The notes below the pieces were generated by a model, which was not told the DNA's origin, ran no database searches, and saw only the letters and a list, made by a program, of their open reading frames with translations. From Infirmifilum sp. (GTDB lineage: Archaea > Thermoproteota > Thermoprotei > Thermofilales > Thermofilaceae): 10,558 bases of DNA. The stretch covers positions 1 through 10,558 of the forward strand of contig JBEULP010000076.1 in the NCBI GenBank assembly GCA_041287245.1, read 5' to 3'. A program made the translations under genes and the position numbers. The first letter of the stretch is position 1, and every line of letters begins with the position of its first letter. Positions 1 through 8,224 of this stretch are shown here, one piece after another.

Positions 1-468
1 TAGGAGATCCCTCTTGCCTCTCACGCTGGGGAAGGTAGCTATAACAACTTTACCCACCCTACACAACAGGTCCAATACGCCCTCCAAATCGCTTGGAGTG
101 AAACCGTGGAGAACCTCTATGGCTAACACGGCGTCGAATTCCCCCTCAAAAGACTTAGACCTGACGTCGCCAGCTATTACGCGGTCATATATGCGCTTAG
201 CCAAAGAGAGCTTATCGACATCCACGTCGACGCCGATAATATATACATCAGGCATACGAGCTTTAACTACAAAGCCCCAGAAGCCGTATCCACAACCAAC
301 ACCAAGAATCTTCCCGGGCTTGATCTTCAACAACCCCGAGACCCACGTTTCGAGAACTTTGAGCACTTTATCCAGGCACTAGGCTCTATTTTTGACAGGC
401 ATGCATACTGTCACAACCTGAGACCTGAACTCTTCAACACGTTTTTCACTAGACATGATGTAGCCCAT
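1..468 (-). pseudogene. Chimeric reading frame: GT2 N-terminal remnant fused in frame to a class I SAM-dependent methyltransferase; in-frame TAG at 381..379; 3' end beyond the window
   Basis: Not in the ORF track. Manual translation from ATG 468: MGYIMSSEKRVEEFRSQVVTVCMPVKNRA*CLDKVLKVLETWVSGLLKIKPGKILGVGCGYGFWGFVVKARMPDVYIIGVDVDVDKLSLAKRIYDRVIAGDVRSKSFEGEFDAVLAIEVLHG... The first ~40 aa match the GT2 at 1708..2715 (LITICIPIKNRAWILDKLFRALE). The rest shows Rossmann MTase motifs: IL(G)VGCGYG, GVDVD and FDAVLAIEVLH. Confidence 0.8.
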
Positions 469-488
469 TCGCCAGGTATTTTAAGAGG

Positions 489-496
489 TTTATAAG
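489..496 (-). promoter_or_regulatory. Candidate archaeal TATA box (CTTATAAA) upstream of the 468 start
   Basis: The minus strand reads CCGCTTATAAACC. The box ends 21 nt before ATG 468, a spacing compatible with a leaderless archaeal transcript. It lies in an AT-rich intergenic stretch with a second TTATAAAA further upstream. Confidence 0.35.
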
Positions 497-686
497 CGGT
501 GTTTAATTTTTATAATATTACCTCGCATTCGCACCAAACACATTTGAACGATATCTTGGCGAGATACGCTCCGAGGATTGTCCGCACCGCCCGCGGACCG
601 ACGAAGCTCCCGCACTCTCATAGAAGGAATTGGGTTAGACTCTTTCTTCAAATACCATAATATTAAGTGAATATAGAAGGGTCCTG

Positions 687-1643
687 CTAATGTCCTTCAA
701 GATTCTCATGCCTGAAAATGTGAGTTAATATGTATACAATGAAAGCCAGATATGAAACATATGTCGTAAATGAACTTACCAAAGCATAAAGAACACCGCT
801 TCCTGCTTTAACGCCAAGAATAGCTCTATAGAGGCGGTGTGCAAGAGAAGGTGTGAACATTAAGAGTGCAAGCTTGTAACATCCTATGCTAGTTAGAATT
901 ATAAGGAATATCAGTGAAAGCCCATGAAAGAATACCGTAAGTGTATCTATCAGTTGCGCTTTCCTATGCTTAATGAAGTTTTTCGCCCTGGCCTTTCCAT
1001 CTCTCCAAGCCTTGCGCAGATTAATTCCACCATTAACGAAATGGTAAACTATGGCTTTAGGGTTCTTATACGCTGCTATCCCATACTTTTTAAGCCTGAT
1101 GACAAAGTCTAGATCTTCCCCTCCATCGTTAAACCAAGGATCAAAATTACCTACGATGTCGATCACTTCGCGCCTAAACGCCATATTTTGTGTAAACCCG
1201 AAGTCTGAGAATGGACGCTTTAACCTGCCTAAGCGAATTAGCTCTATCTCCACCGGATCTTTTATAACATAGTTTCCGCCAAACTGAACTAAAACTTCTG
1301 GTCGCTCTCTAAATATTCTAGCATATTCCTCAAGCCAAGTGTTTTCGGCAATAGCATCAGCATCAATAAAAGCTATTACATCACCTCTAGAGGCATTTAC
1401 ACCCGTAGCACGCGCACCTCCATACCCACGTATTCTATTGACAACTATTCTGAGTGGGAGAACCTTTACATATTCTCTCGAAATAACAGCACTTAGATCA
1501 TTGGGCTCGTCAACCACAACTACCACTTCAGAAGGCTTGAGACTCTGTTTAGCCAAGCTTTCTAAGGTAAACTTTATTTTAGGCTCATTCTTAGCGATAA
1601 TTACTACTGAAAATTCAAATTCCCTTACAATGGCATAAGTCAC
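687..1643 (-). CDS. Glycosyltransferase family 2 (GT-A fold) with C-terminal transmembrane helices
   Basis: FSVVIIAKNE start motif, EVVVVVD, GYGGARATG, DxD motif (FIDADA), NMAFRREV...GNFD and GEDLDF. Hydrophobic C-terminus. GTG start. Confidence 0.92.
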   Translation of the reverse strand: MTYAIVREFEFSVVIIAKNEPKIKFTLESLAKQSLKPSEVVVVVDEPNDLSAVISREYVKVLPLRIVVNRIRGYGGARATGVNASRGDVIAFIDADAIAENTWLEEYARIFRERPEVLVQFGGNYVIKDPVEIELIRLGRLKRPFSDFGFTQNMAFRREVIDIVGNFDPWFNDGGEDLDFVIRLKKYGIAAYKNPKAIVYHFVNGGINLRKAWRDGKARAKNFIKHRKAQLIDTLTVFFHGLSLIFLIILTSIGCYKLALLMFTPSLAHRLYRAILGVKAGSGVLYALVSSFTTYVSYLAFIVYILTHIFRHENLEGH

Positions 1644-1707
1644 GGGGTCGTTATCTGAAACTTAAGAAAAGTTATCATAGTACTATAAAACCTAGCGGGG
1701 TGATGAT

Positions 1708-2715
1708 TTACGGCAATTTCGTAGCGACTTTAATTCTTTTTAATGTTCTTACTAGAGCTTCTCTCAAGAAGCCATATGATAGCGAGATCCCGGTTGGGAC
1801 ATTTCCTAGCATCCACTGTTTCAGCCCTTTAATTCCCCTGCTTCTAACAATAGGATATGCTGAGGCTAATACATATATTAATAGTGTTACTGACATAAGT
1901 AGAAATCCTGTAAAGATGGAGTATGTTAGTAGCACGAGTGACCAAGGCCAAGTGATCCAGTATATTACCCTAAGTTTCAGAAACTTTGGAAGTGAATCCC
2001 AGCTAACGTAGTATTCTTTAGCACGCACCGTAAAGTTGTACCATAACCATCGCCTTAACCTACCTGGCTTCCTGACCTCCTCTGACCTCTTTAGGTGAAG
2101 GACAGGTTTTGGAGCCCAGAGTATACGGTAGTTCGTTTTCTCCTTCACTCTGATGCAGAACTCTGTATCTTCGCCTTGGCTCAGGTTTTCGTTAAACATG
2201 CCGACCTTCTCAAAGACCTCTCTTCTAATGAGCGTAAAACCCATGTAGACGGCATTTGTTTTCTTGCTTACCACGGGAACATAGTTGATGCCAGTTGAGG
2301 GTTCATATATGTAGTCAGCGCCCATGATGCCAATATCCGAGTCACGTTCCATAGCCTCAATCATTTCACGTAGCAGTTCAGGTGGAGGTATTACATCGCT
2401 ATCCCAGTAGAGTAAGTATTTACCCTCCATGTATTTTATGCATATGTTCCTGGCTTGCGGAATGTTTGACTCAGCTCTAACGATCTTAACTTCTCGAAAA
2501 CCTAGTTCTTTAGCTTTTTTACTCCACTCAAGAATCCCTTCATAGGTTCCATCTGTTGAGCAACCATCTACAAAAACAATCTTGGAATTTATCTTGGGAT
2601 ACTCTAAACTTTCCAATGCTCTGAATAACTTGTCGAGAATCCATGCTCTATTTTTTATAGGTATACAAATCGTTATTAAAGGCTTTTTCGTTGAATGCGC
2701 ATTATTATTCATCAT
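1708..2715 (-). CDS. Glycosyltransferase family 2 (GT-A fold) with C-terminal transmembrane helices
   Basis: ITICIPIKN, VFVDGCSTDGT, NIPQARN, DxD motif (YWDSDV), LIRREVFEKVGMFNE and GEDTEF. Hydrophobic C-terminal segments. Confidence 0.95.
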   Translation of the reverse strand: MMNNNAHSTKKPLITICIPIKNRAWILDKLFRALESLEYPKINSKIVFVDGCSTDGTYEGILEWSKKAKELGFREVKIVRAESNIPQARNICIKYMEGKYLLYWDSDVIPPPELLREMIEAMERDSDIGIMGADYIYEPSTGINYVPVVSKKTNAVYMGFTLIRREVFEKVGMFNENLSQGEDTEFCIRVKEKTNYRILWAPKPVLHLKRSEEVRKPGRLRRWLWYNFTVRAKEYYVSWDSLPKFLKLRVIYWITWPWSLVLLTYSIFTGFLLMSVTLLIYVLASAYPIVRSRGIKGLKQWMLGNVPTGISLSYGFLREALVRTLKRIKVATKLP

Positions 2716-3295
2716 TCACGCCTTCAAAATATATTCCTTGTAAGGCTTGAATTATTATATCTTTATTGAATCTAGAATAGTACTCTACAATGTTAGCTCT
2801 ATTGCTTAGCAAAGCCTTAATGTGAAAGTTTAATCGCTGTACATCATTTAATGTTAATGAGCGATTACGTACTAACCTTACTATATACACTAAGTAATTC
2901 AAAGTCATTGCTAGATCGCATAAGGATCCGTTATTAATGTACGGATCATGATTTTGAATGGGCCTCCGCGCTAAAATACCCATTAGGTAGAACAGAAAAT
3001 GGTACAATATCCAGATAAATAGTTTCAAGCCATGTAGTTTCCTTAGAAATAATGCTTCAAGAACTATCTTCTTAGGTGTATAGCCCATAGCAGGTATCGT
3101 ATCAAGTTTATTCTTAAATTCTCTCACAAGGTAGCCAAGGAAACTTTTAACATATCGTCGCTCGCTAAAGTAGGTGCTAATGAATAATTTTCTTGAAGGC
3201 GTGTATAATTCCTCGAAAATTTGACTTCTTTCCAATAGCTTCATGAACTCGCTGAAATTTACTGGCTCAAGCTTCTCGTTTATAACTGGTAACAT
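2705..3295 (-). CDS. Probable C-terminal half of the GT2 starting at 3783 (in the -1 frame after an A9 run); alternatively a separate hypothetical protein
   Basis: Overlaps the upstream GT2 ORF by 16 nt in the -1 frame, directly after CTT TTA AAA AAA AAT. Same low-GC composition. No recognisable stand-alone motif. Confidence 0.6.
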   Translation of the reverse strand: MLPVINEKLEPVNFSEFMKLLERSQIFEELYTPSRKLFISTYFSERRYVKSFLGYLVREFKNKLDTIPAMGYTPKKIVLEALFLRKLHGLKLFIWILYHFLFYLMGILARRPIQNHDPYINNGSLCDLAMTLNYLVYIVRLVRNRSLTLNDVQRLNFHIKALLSNRANIVEYYSRFNKDIIIQALQGIYFEGVNDE

Positions 3296-3783
3296 AGTAC
3301 ATTTTTTTTTAAAAGTCTAGCGCCAAACTCTATATCCTCAGCGCGGTTGAAATTCTGTATACCTCCACATTCTATAGCCTTACCTCTTGGTGCGAGGAAA
3401 ATATAGAGACACTTATCATTTAAATGATTTTCCTTGATATAATTGCAAATTATTTTAGTCAACACATTAGGGTCATATTCAATATCAAAATCAGAAAAGA
3501 AGAATAAGTATCTACCTTCAGTTATGTGAAGAGCTATATTTCTCCCCAAACCCCGCGATGAGCGATATCTGACAAACTTCATAGGGATCTCTTTATACTG
3601 TTCTCTTATTTTCAGCATGAGCTCCCACGTACCATCATCGGAATAGTTGTCGACGATTACTATCTCTGAGCTCAATCCACACATACACTTTAACTTCAAT
3701 GCTGTTTCTACTATGGATTTTAGGGAACGCTCTATGTATTTTGCGGAATTATACACTGTTCCATAAAATGATATGTCAACCAT
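3280..3783 (-). CDS. Glycosyltransferase family 2, N-terminal catalytic part; frame ends shortly after an A9 homopolymer
   Basis: ISFYGTVYN, EIVIVDNYSDDGT, SRGLGRNIA, DxD motif (SDFD) and RAEDIEF. The stop comes only ~15 codons after the ED motif. Confidence 0.88.
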   Translation of the reverse strand: MVDISFYGTVYNSAKYIERSLKSIVETALKLKCMCGLSSEIVIVDNYSDDGTWELMLKIREQYKEIPMKFVRYRSSRGLGRNIALHITEGRYLFFFSDFDIEYDPNVLTKIICNYIKENHLNDKCLYIFLAPRGKAIECGGIQNFNRAEDIEFGARLLKKNVLCYQL

Positions 3784-3795
3784 ATTATGCTACCA

Positions 3796-4492
3796 TCAGA
3801 TTTTGATAGCTATCGCGAGTATGTCCGGTGCTAGGTGGGGTCTAATCGCTGATAGCAACGCTGATAGCAAAGTTGATATGCTCCTTGTGAGCGCGTTCGA
3901 AGCTCCATAAGACGTGAGGAGACCCTTGATTTCAACACGTTGGAAGCCCACCGCCTTTAGATGCTTCGCCAGGAGTTTTGGTGTGTAAAGTCTTATGTGG
4001 CCATAAGGAGCGAGGTTACACTTAGGTCCATGTATAGGATATTTAAATGATACATTGTAATTATAGGGAGACATGTCTAACAGTATAAGCAATCTGTTTA
4101 TCCATGAAGCCAGATTTGGCGTCGAAATGATCAGCACCCCTTGGGGTTTGAGAACGCGGTATAGTTCCTCTAACACGTGATCTGTATTCACTATATGCTC
4201 TAACACTTCAAACATTGTTATCACATCGACGGAGCTCTCTGGAAGTGGTATGTCCTTTACATTTAATCTTGAAACCCCTGGACTTACATATTTCAAGGCC
4301 TTCAGGATCGATGTCTAATGCCAACACTTCTTTAGGCTCCAGTACTCTCACAACGAACTCAGTTAATGCGCAGTCTCCGGCACCTACATCTAAGTACCTT
4401 TGAACATCACCTCTGATGTCTCGAGCTTTTTCTAAGACTTTTCTTAGCTGTTTCATATTATGTCCAAAGTCTAGTATTGGTGATCTAGACAT
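3796..4492 (-). pseudogene. Class I SAM-dependent methyltransferase, split by a frameshift near 4267
   Basis: ORF 4208..4492 carries motif I (YLDVGAG) and LALDID...RGFK. ORF 3796..4296 carries DIPLPESSVDVITMFEVLEH, VLKPQGVLIISTPNLASWINR and GHIRLYT. Together they are colinear with the paralog at 8221..8878. Confidence 0.88.
3847..3870. repeat. Perfect 12-bp tandem duplication (cgctgatagcaa x2), in frame, encoding LLSA-LLSA
   Basis: 3847..3858 and 3859..3870 are identical. Confidence 0.85.
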
Positions 4493-4494
4493 AC

Positions 4495-6174
4495 TTACAC
4501 TCTCACGAATAGCTCGACTCCGCCAGAGCTATAGATTAGATTATGTGTTAGAGGTAGTTGTGATCTTAACGCATTTATTAGAATGCTTCGTGGTGTAGAG
4601 TATTCATAGTATGAATCCCTCGTGACAAATCTCTCAACAACTACTATGTTTGAGTTGTTCAGGTTTAGCGTCTCATAATATCCACTGACTTCCCAACTAG
4701 GATCGTATCCGAATAGCACTCGCGTGTATGGGGGGTACTCGGTGTAGTAAACGGCTTCATGAGCAATGTAATATTTATGTATGAAGCTGGTAGCATAGAT
4801 TTCCTCAGTAGTTGGGTGAAGATAAGGTATTGAAGCATATCTCGTAATTGGATTAAGTAACAGGGCCGCGATTACGTAGAGGGCTAAAAATGACATTAAG
4901 ATTTTTCTACTTCTGCTTAGAGTTACGTTCATTGAAACTATGATACTTGCCAAGTAGAACAAGTATCTAAGAAACTTGCTGAGAGCCCATAAACCCCAAC
5001 TGCTAAAGATCATTGGTACTATTGCTATTAAATGCGCTACGTAAAGATCGCCCACAATACCCGGCGATGTCTTCGACTTTAATAGATTAAGAACATATTT
5101 AGCAAAGGCAAGAAGTAATAATATTCCTCCTATCGCGAGTCTACTGTACATTACGGCTTTATACTCAGGTGTGAGAGATGCGCCAGAGAAGGTGTGTCGT
5201 GGCTCTACTAAATATGTAGGTACCATAGTCTCTTTGATAGCATCTAATACATTGCCTATCATTCTATACAGGTCTCCCGAAGCGTATATGTTCCAGCCTA
5301 CAAAGATTATGACGGAGATCGCGGCTACTAGGATGAGACCTCGAAAGGTTCTTCTTTCTGTTGTGGAAGCGTTACTTACAATCTTGCGAAGTCCGGGGAT
5401 AATCATTGATGTTATCGTAATCGCTACGACAACTATCACCATGCCCGGATACGTTATCGTGGCGGCCGCGCTGAACATAGCGTAGAGAAGCAGATCCGAA
5501 GGCTTAAAATTCTTAGCTAGCATAATAATTATTAGAATAAGGTATTGGTAGTACATGAAGAAAAGAGTGTTCCTATGAAATATGTTAATATGCTCAAAGT
5601 TTACGGCCTCAAAGATCACTATAGATAGAAATGCCTGTAGCACGCCATCGCCGACTCTTCTACCTATAGCATACGTTACAATTAACAATATTGTTAGTGT
5701 AAGCATTGGGAAGAAGTATCTTGATATTGTCCAGGGATCGCTAAGCCCTGTGACAAGCATTATTTGTGCAAATGTTAGCCCAAGCCCCGGTACCACGTTG
5801 AGGTAGTGGATCTCGGCTATATGGCCATTTCTATAGACCCATACAGGCTCGCTGAGATAAGGATATTGATCTGGTAGCCATGGGTTAACGAGCATATGTG
5901 AAGGTAAAAGCTCTACTAAGGCTATAGTCATGGCTAAGCATATCATTCGTAAAATCTTGCTCTTTGAAAGCAGGATCGAGATTATTAGTAAGGGTATTGC
6001 TAAGTAATATTCTCTTGGTATCGTCTTAGCATAAAATACTATGTAATCTCCGTTCTTCATAGAGATTCTGTCTATAGAAGGAGCTGATAAGACAGTTATG
6101 AGCGCCAGCATTATGGCTACTAGTGCTGCTATGTTTGTGTAGGAAAATCTTCTTGTGATATTGCTGTTAAGCAT
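4495..6174 (-). CDS. Polytopic membrane protein with C-terminal soluble domain; possible GT-C-fold glycosyltransferase or polymerase
   Basis: 559 aa with many hydrophobic segments. An early loop WLPDQYPYLSEPVWVYRNGHI...Y...PGL resembles the acidic/aromatic first external loop of GT-C proteins. The hydrophilic tail ends NLIYSSGGVELF. It sits among glycosyltransferases. The CDS is secure; the function is inferred. Confidence 0.7.
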   Translation of the reverse strand: MLNSNITRRFSYTNIAALVAIMLALITVLSAPSIDRISMKNGDYIVFYAKTIPREYYLAIPLLIISILLSKSKILRMICLAMTIALVELLPSHMLVNPWLPDQYPYLSEPVWVYRNGHIAEIHYLNVVPGLGLTFAQIMLVTGLSDPWTISRYFFPMLTLTILLIVTYAIGRRVGDGVLQAFLSIVIFEAVNFEHINIFHRNTLFFMYYQYLILIIIMLAKNFKPSDLLLYAMFSAAATITYPGMVIVVVAITITSMIIPGLRKIVSNASTTERRTFRGLILVAAISVIIFVGWNIYASGDLYRMIGNVLDAIKETMVPTYLVEPRHTFSGASLTPEYKAVMYSRLAIGGILLLLAFAKYVLNLLKSKTSPGIVGDLYVAHLIAIVPMIFSSWGLWALSKFLRYLFYLASIIVSMNVTLSRSRKILMSFLALYVIAALLLNPITRYASIPYLHPTTEEIYATSFIHKYYIAHEAVYYTEYPPYTRVLFGYDPSWEVSGYYETLNLNNSNIVVVERFVTRDSYYEYSTPRSILINALRSQLPLTHNLIYSSGGVELFVRV

Positions 6175-7300
6175 TTGACAAGGCTTCTTTGTATATATCC
6201 AGTAACCTTTCGCTAACTTCTCTCCACGTCAGAGGCTTTTCGACAGGCTTTAACTCGTGTTTGTGTTTAAGGGCGTAAAGTATACCATTTTTGATGTCAT
6301 TTGGTGCGGCTTTTACAACTACGCCTTCAATAGAGTTCTTCACTCTATAAGGTAAAGCACCAAAGTTTGTGACTATGAGTGGTTTGCCGCGTGCCTTAAC
6401 CTCGTCTATCAGGATGGGATAACTCTCTCCCGCATGTCTCGATGGAAGTACTACGGCCTCTGAGGCGTCTATAAGGCCTATCTTGTCTTCCTCGGGTATG
6501 TAGCCTAGGTATTTAACGTTTCTCTTAATTCCGATCCTCTCCGCCAGATCTAGGCATTTTCTAAGATACCTCTCATCCCCCTTGCCTGCTATAACCAATA
6601 CGATATCTGGCTCCTGTCTTATCAGATCTGAGAATGCTTTTATTAGCAGGTCTAATCCTTTTGTTGGGTGTATCCTGCCTATATATGCTATCAACCTGCC
6701 TTCTATGCCATACTTCTTTCTGAATCTAGAACTCTGATCAGGCAGGCTCAGATACTTCTCGTCTACTCCGTGCGGTAAGACTATCGCATCTAATCCATAT
6801 CGCTCTTTGAGCAACTTTTTCTCATACTCATTAGTCGCCAAGGCTAGATCTGTTATCTTAACAGTTTTCCTAGTGATTAATCTCTGGTAAAGATATCCGA
6901 AGACTCGTATAGGTATGCTATAATGGTGCCTCAGGTAGTCTACACCAAGAAAATACATCGCTACAGGCTTGTTAATTTCCTTAGCCTTCACACACACGGT
7001 ATATGTAAACAAGCTATTTTGACTCCACCCATGAACAATGTCAGCTTTTTCTAACAGGTCTACCGGGATCTCCTTTGGCATTGTTAGGTCAGGATAGCGG
7101 AGCCTCCAAGCCCTAAGTCTGTGCATGTAAATACCATTGACAACCTCCTCTTTAGGCCTACCCATAGAGCCATAAATACTTGTCACTACATGCACTTCAT
7201 GACCTAGCCTTACCAGTTCTTCACTTATCCTTTGTATAGCGATTTCGCACCCTCCAAGTACGGGCCAATATGTTTGATGTATGTGTACTATGAACATCAT
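6167..7300 (-). CDS. Glycosyltransferase family 4 (GT-B fold)
   Basis: YWPVLGGCE...LVRLGHEVHVVT, PHGVD, YIGRIHPTKGLDLL, IAGKG, and EX7E motif (ESYPILIDE) followed by GKPLIVT. Confidence 0.95.
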   Translation of the reverse strand: MMFIVHIHQTYWPVLGGCEIAIQRISEELVRLGHEVHVVTSIYGSMGRPKEEVVNGIYMHRLRAWRLRYPDLTMPKEIPVDLLEKADIVHGWSQNSLFTYTVCVKAKEINKPVAMYFLGVDYLRHHYSIPIRVFGYLYQRLITRKTVKITDLALATNEYEKKLLKERYGLDAIVLPHGVDEKYLSLPDQSSRFRKKYGIEGRLIAYIGRIHPTKGLDLLIKAFSDLIRQEPDIVLVIAGKGDERYLRKCLDLAERIGIKRNVKYLGYIPEEDKIGLIDASEAVVLPSRHAGESYPILIDEVKARGKPLIVTNFGALPYRVKNSIEGVVVKAAPNDIKNGILYALKHKHELKPVEKPLTWREVSERLLDIYKEALSNA

Positions 7301-7953
7301 TCATCAGTACAGCATTTATTTACTAACTCACTAAGCGTTATGAACTTCACTCCAAGCATCTTTAATAGCTTAATCAAGAGTAACATAGTTGTGGTATTAA
7401 TTTTATGTATGAATATTGTTGGATATGCTTCAAACCTAGACCTAGGATTAAGTAAATGAAGCATTACTGTACCTATTGTTCTAACACCGCTCGACCCGAT
7501 AACAAATCTACGTAAAGGATTCAATTTTATATCCTTATTTAAAGGGTCATCATAAGGTAATATATCCGTTGCTCGTGCATACTTATAATACTTCATCACA
7601 GCTTTTACAACACGAGCGCTATAAAGACCGTATGGATATGCAAATCCAAGGACTTCCTTCCCCGTAATGTCTTCAAGAAATCTTTTGGATTCCCTTAATT
7701 CGGACACAAGCTTGTCCTGTGGTAATAGTGGTAATACCGGATGAGTACATGAATGTGAGGCTACTTCATGCCCTAATTCTACTAATTCAACTATGAGTTC
7801 TGTGTTTTGAGTCAATAACGGTTTCTCTTCAAACATTTTTAGATGCGTGATGATGAAGAAAGTAGCCCTTACATTGAGTTTTGCTAAGAGACGAGCTATC
7901 TCTACATGTTTTAGTAATCCATCATCAAATGTTAATGCAATAATCGGCTCCAT
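7297..7953 (-). CDS. Polysaccharide deacetylase (CE4 / NodB homology domain)
   Basis: LTFDDG (motif 1), ATFFI, HEVASHSCTH (metal-binding His pair), GFAYPYG and a C-terminal IFIH. Confidence 0.93.
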   Translation of the reverse strand: MEPIIALTFDDGLLKHVEIARLLAKLNVRATFFIITHLKMFEEKPLLTQNTELIVELVELGHEVASHSCTHPVLPLLPQDKLVSELRESKRFLEDITGKEVLGFAYPYGLYSARVVKAVMKYYKYARATDILPYDDPLNKDIKLNPLRRFVIGSSGVRTIGTVMLHLLNPRSRFEAYPTIFIHKINTTTMLLLIKLLKMLGVKFITLSELVNKCCTDE

Positions 7954-7956
7954 ATC

Positions 7957-8224
7957 CTACTTATGCAATACTTCTTCATAAAGCTTCAAAATGTTTCGGA
8001 AGGATTCTATGAGGATAGAAAAACTTTGACCACTTAAAGGCTCCCTCACTGAGGTTTTTATACAATTCATTATCTGTTAAGAGTTTTACAATTGCATCAG
8101 CCATATTTGTTTTTCAACATGAAATACGTGTTATTCCTCGCCCTCCAATAAAATCTCTCTTCACAGTATTCTCAAGCCCGCCCACCACAGGCCAGTAGTG
8201 GGTGCTCACGTGTATTATTATCAT
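7957..8224 (-). pseudogene. GT4 glycosyltransferase remnant: N-terminal ~23 codons joined to a degraded C-terminal ~50 codons, middle missing
   Basis: Not in the ORF track. From ATG 8224 it reads MIIIHVSTHYWPVVGGLENTVKR (compare FIVHIHQTYWPVLGGCEIAIQR at 7300). TGA at 8116..8114, then in the same frame MADAIVKLLTDNELYKNLSEGAFKWSKFFYPHRILPK. A frameshift near 7993 gives ILKLYEEVLHK* (compare MAEKIMQLLADQELYRELSKNAREWARQHTWSKILPMYEELY in the 8888..10003 gene). Confidence 0.85.

Noticed and set aside
379..381. In-frame TAG as pyrrolysine or recoded stop
   Set aside because: It aligns with a Trp (TGG) in the paralog, a single transition away. TAG is used as a terminal stop elsewhere in the window (687..689), and no pyl genes are visible.
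14..382. Plus-strand 122-aa ORF
   Set aside because: Ser/Thr/Pro-rich antisense shadow of the minus-strand methyltransferase frame.
1700..1760. GTGATGA resembling a C/D-box sRNA C box
   Set aside because: No CTGA D box at a suitable distance downstream, and it overlaps the GT2 3' end.
924..2298. Plus-strand ORFs 924..1112, 1051..1272, 1339..1638, 1700..2011, 2095..2298
   Set aside because: Antisense to well-supported GT2 genes and lacking motifs.
4495..6174. Membrane protein as AglB/STT3 or a Wzx flippase
   Set aside because: No WWDYG motif; the large loops and soluble C-terminal domain do not fit a typical flippase.
4215..7459. Plus-strand ORFs 4215..4403, 4416..4598, 5171..5485, 5582..5806, 7232..7459
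   Set aside because: Antisense shadows of the methyltransferase, membrane protein, GT4 and deacetylase genes.
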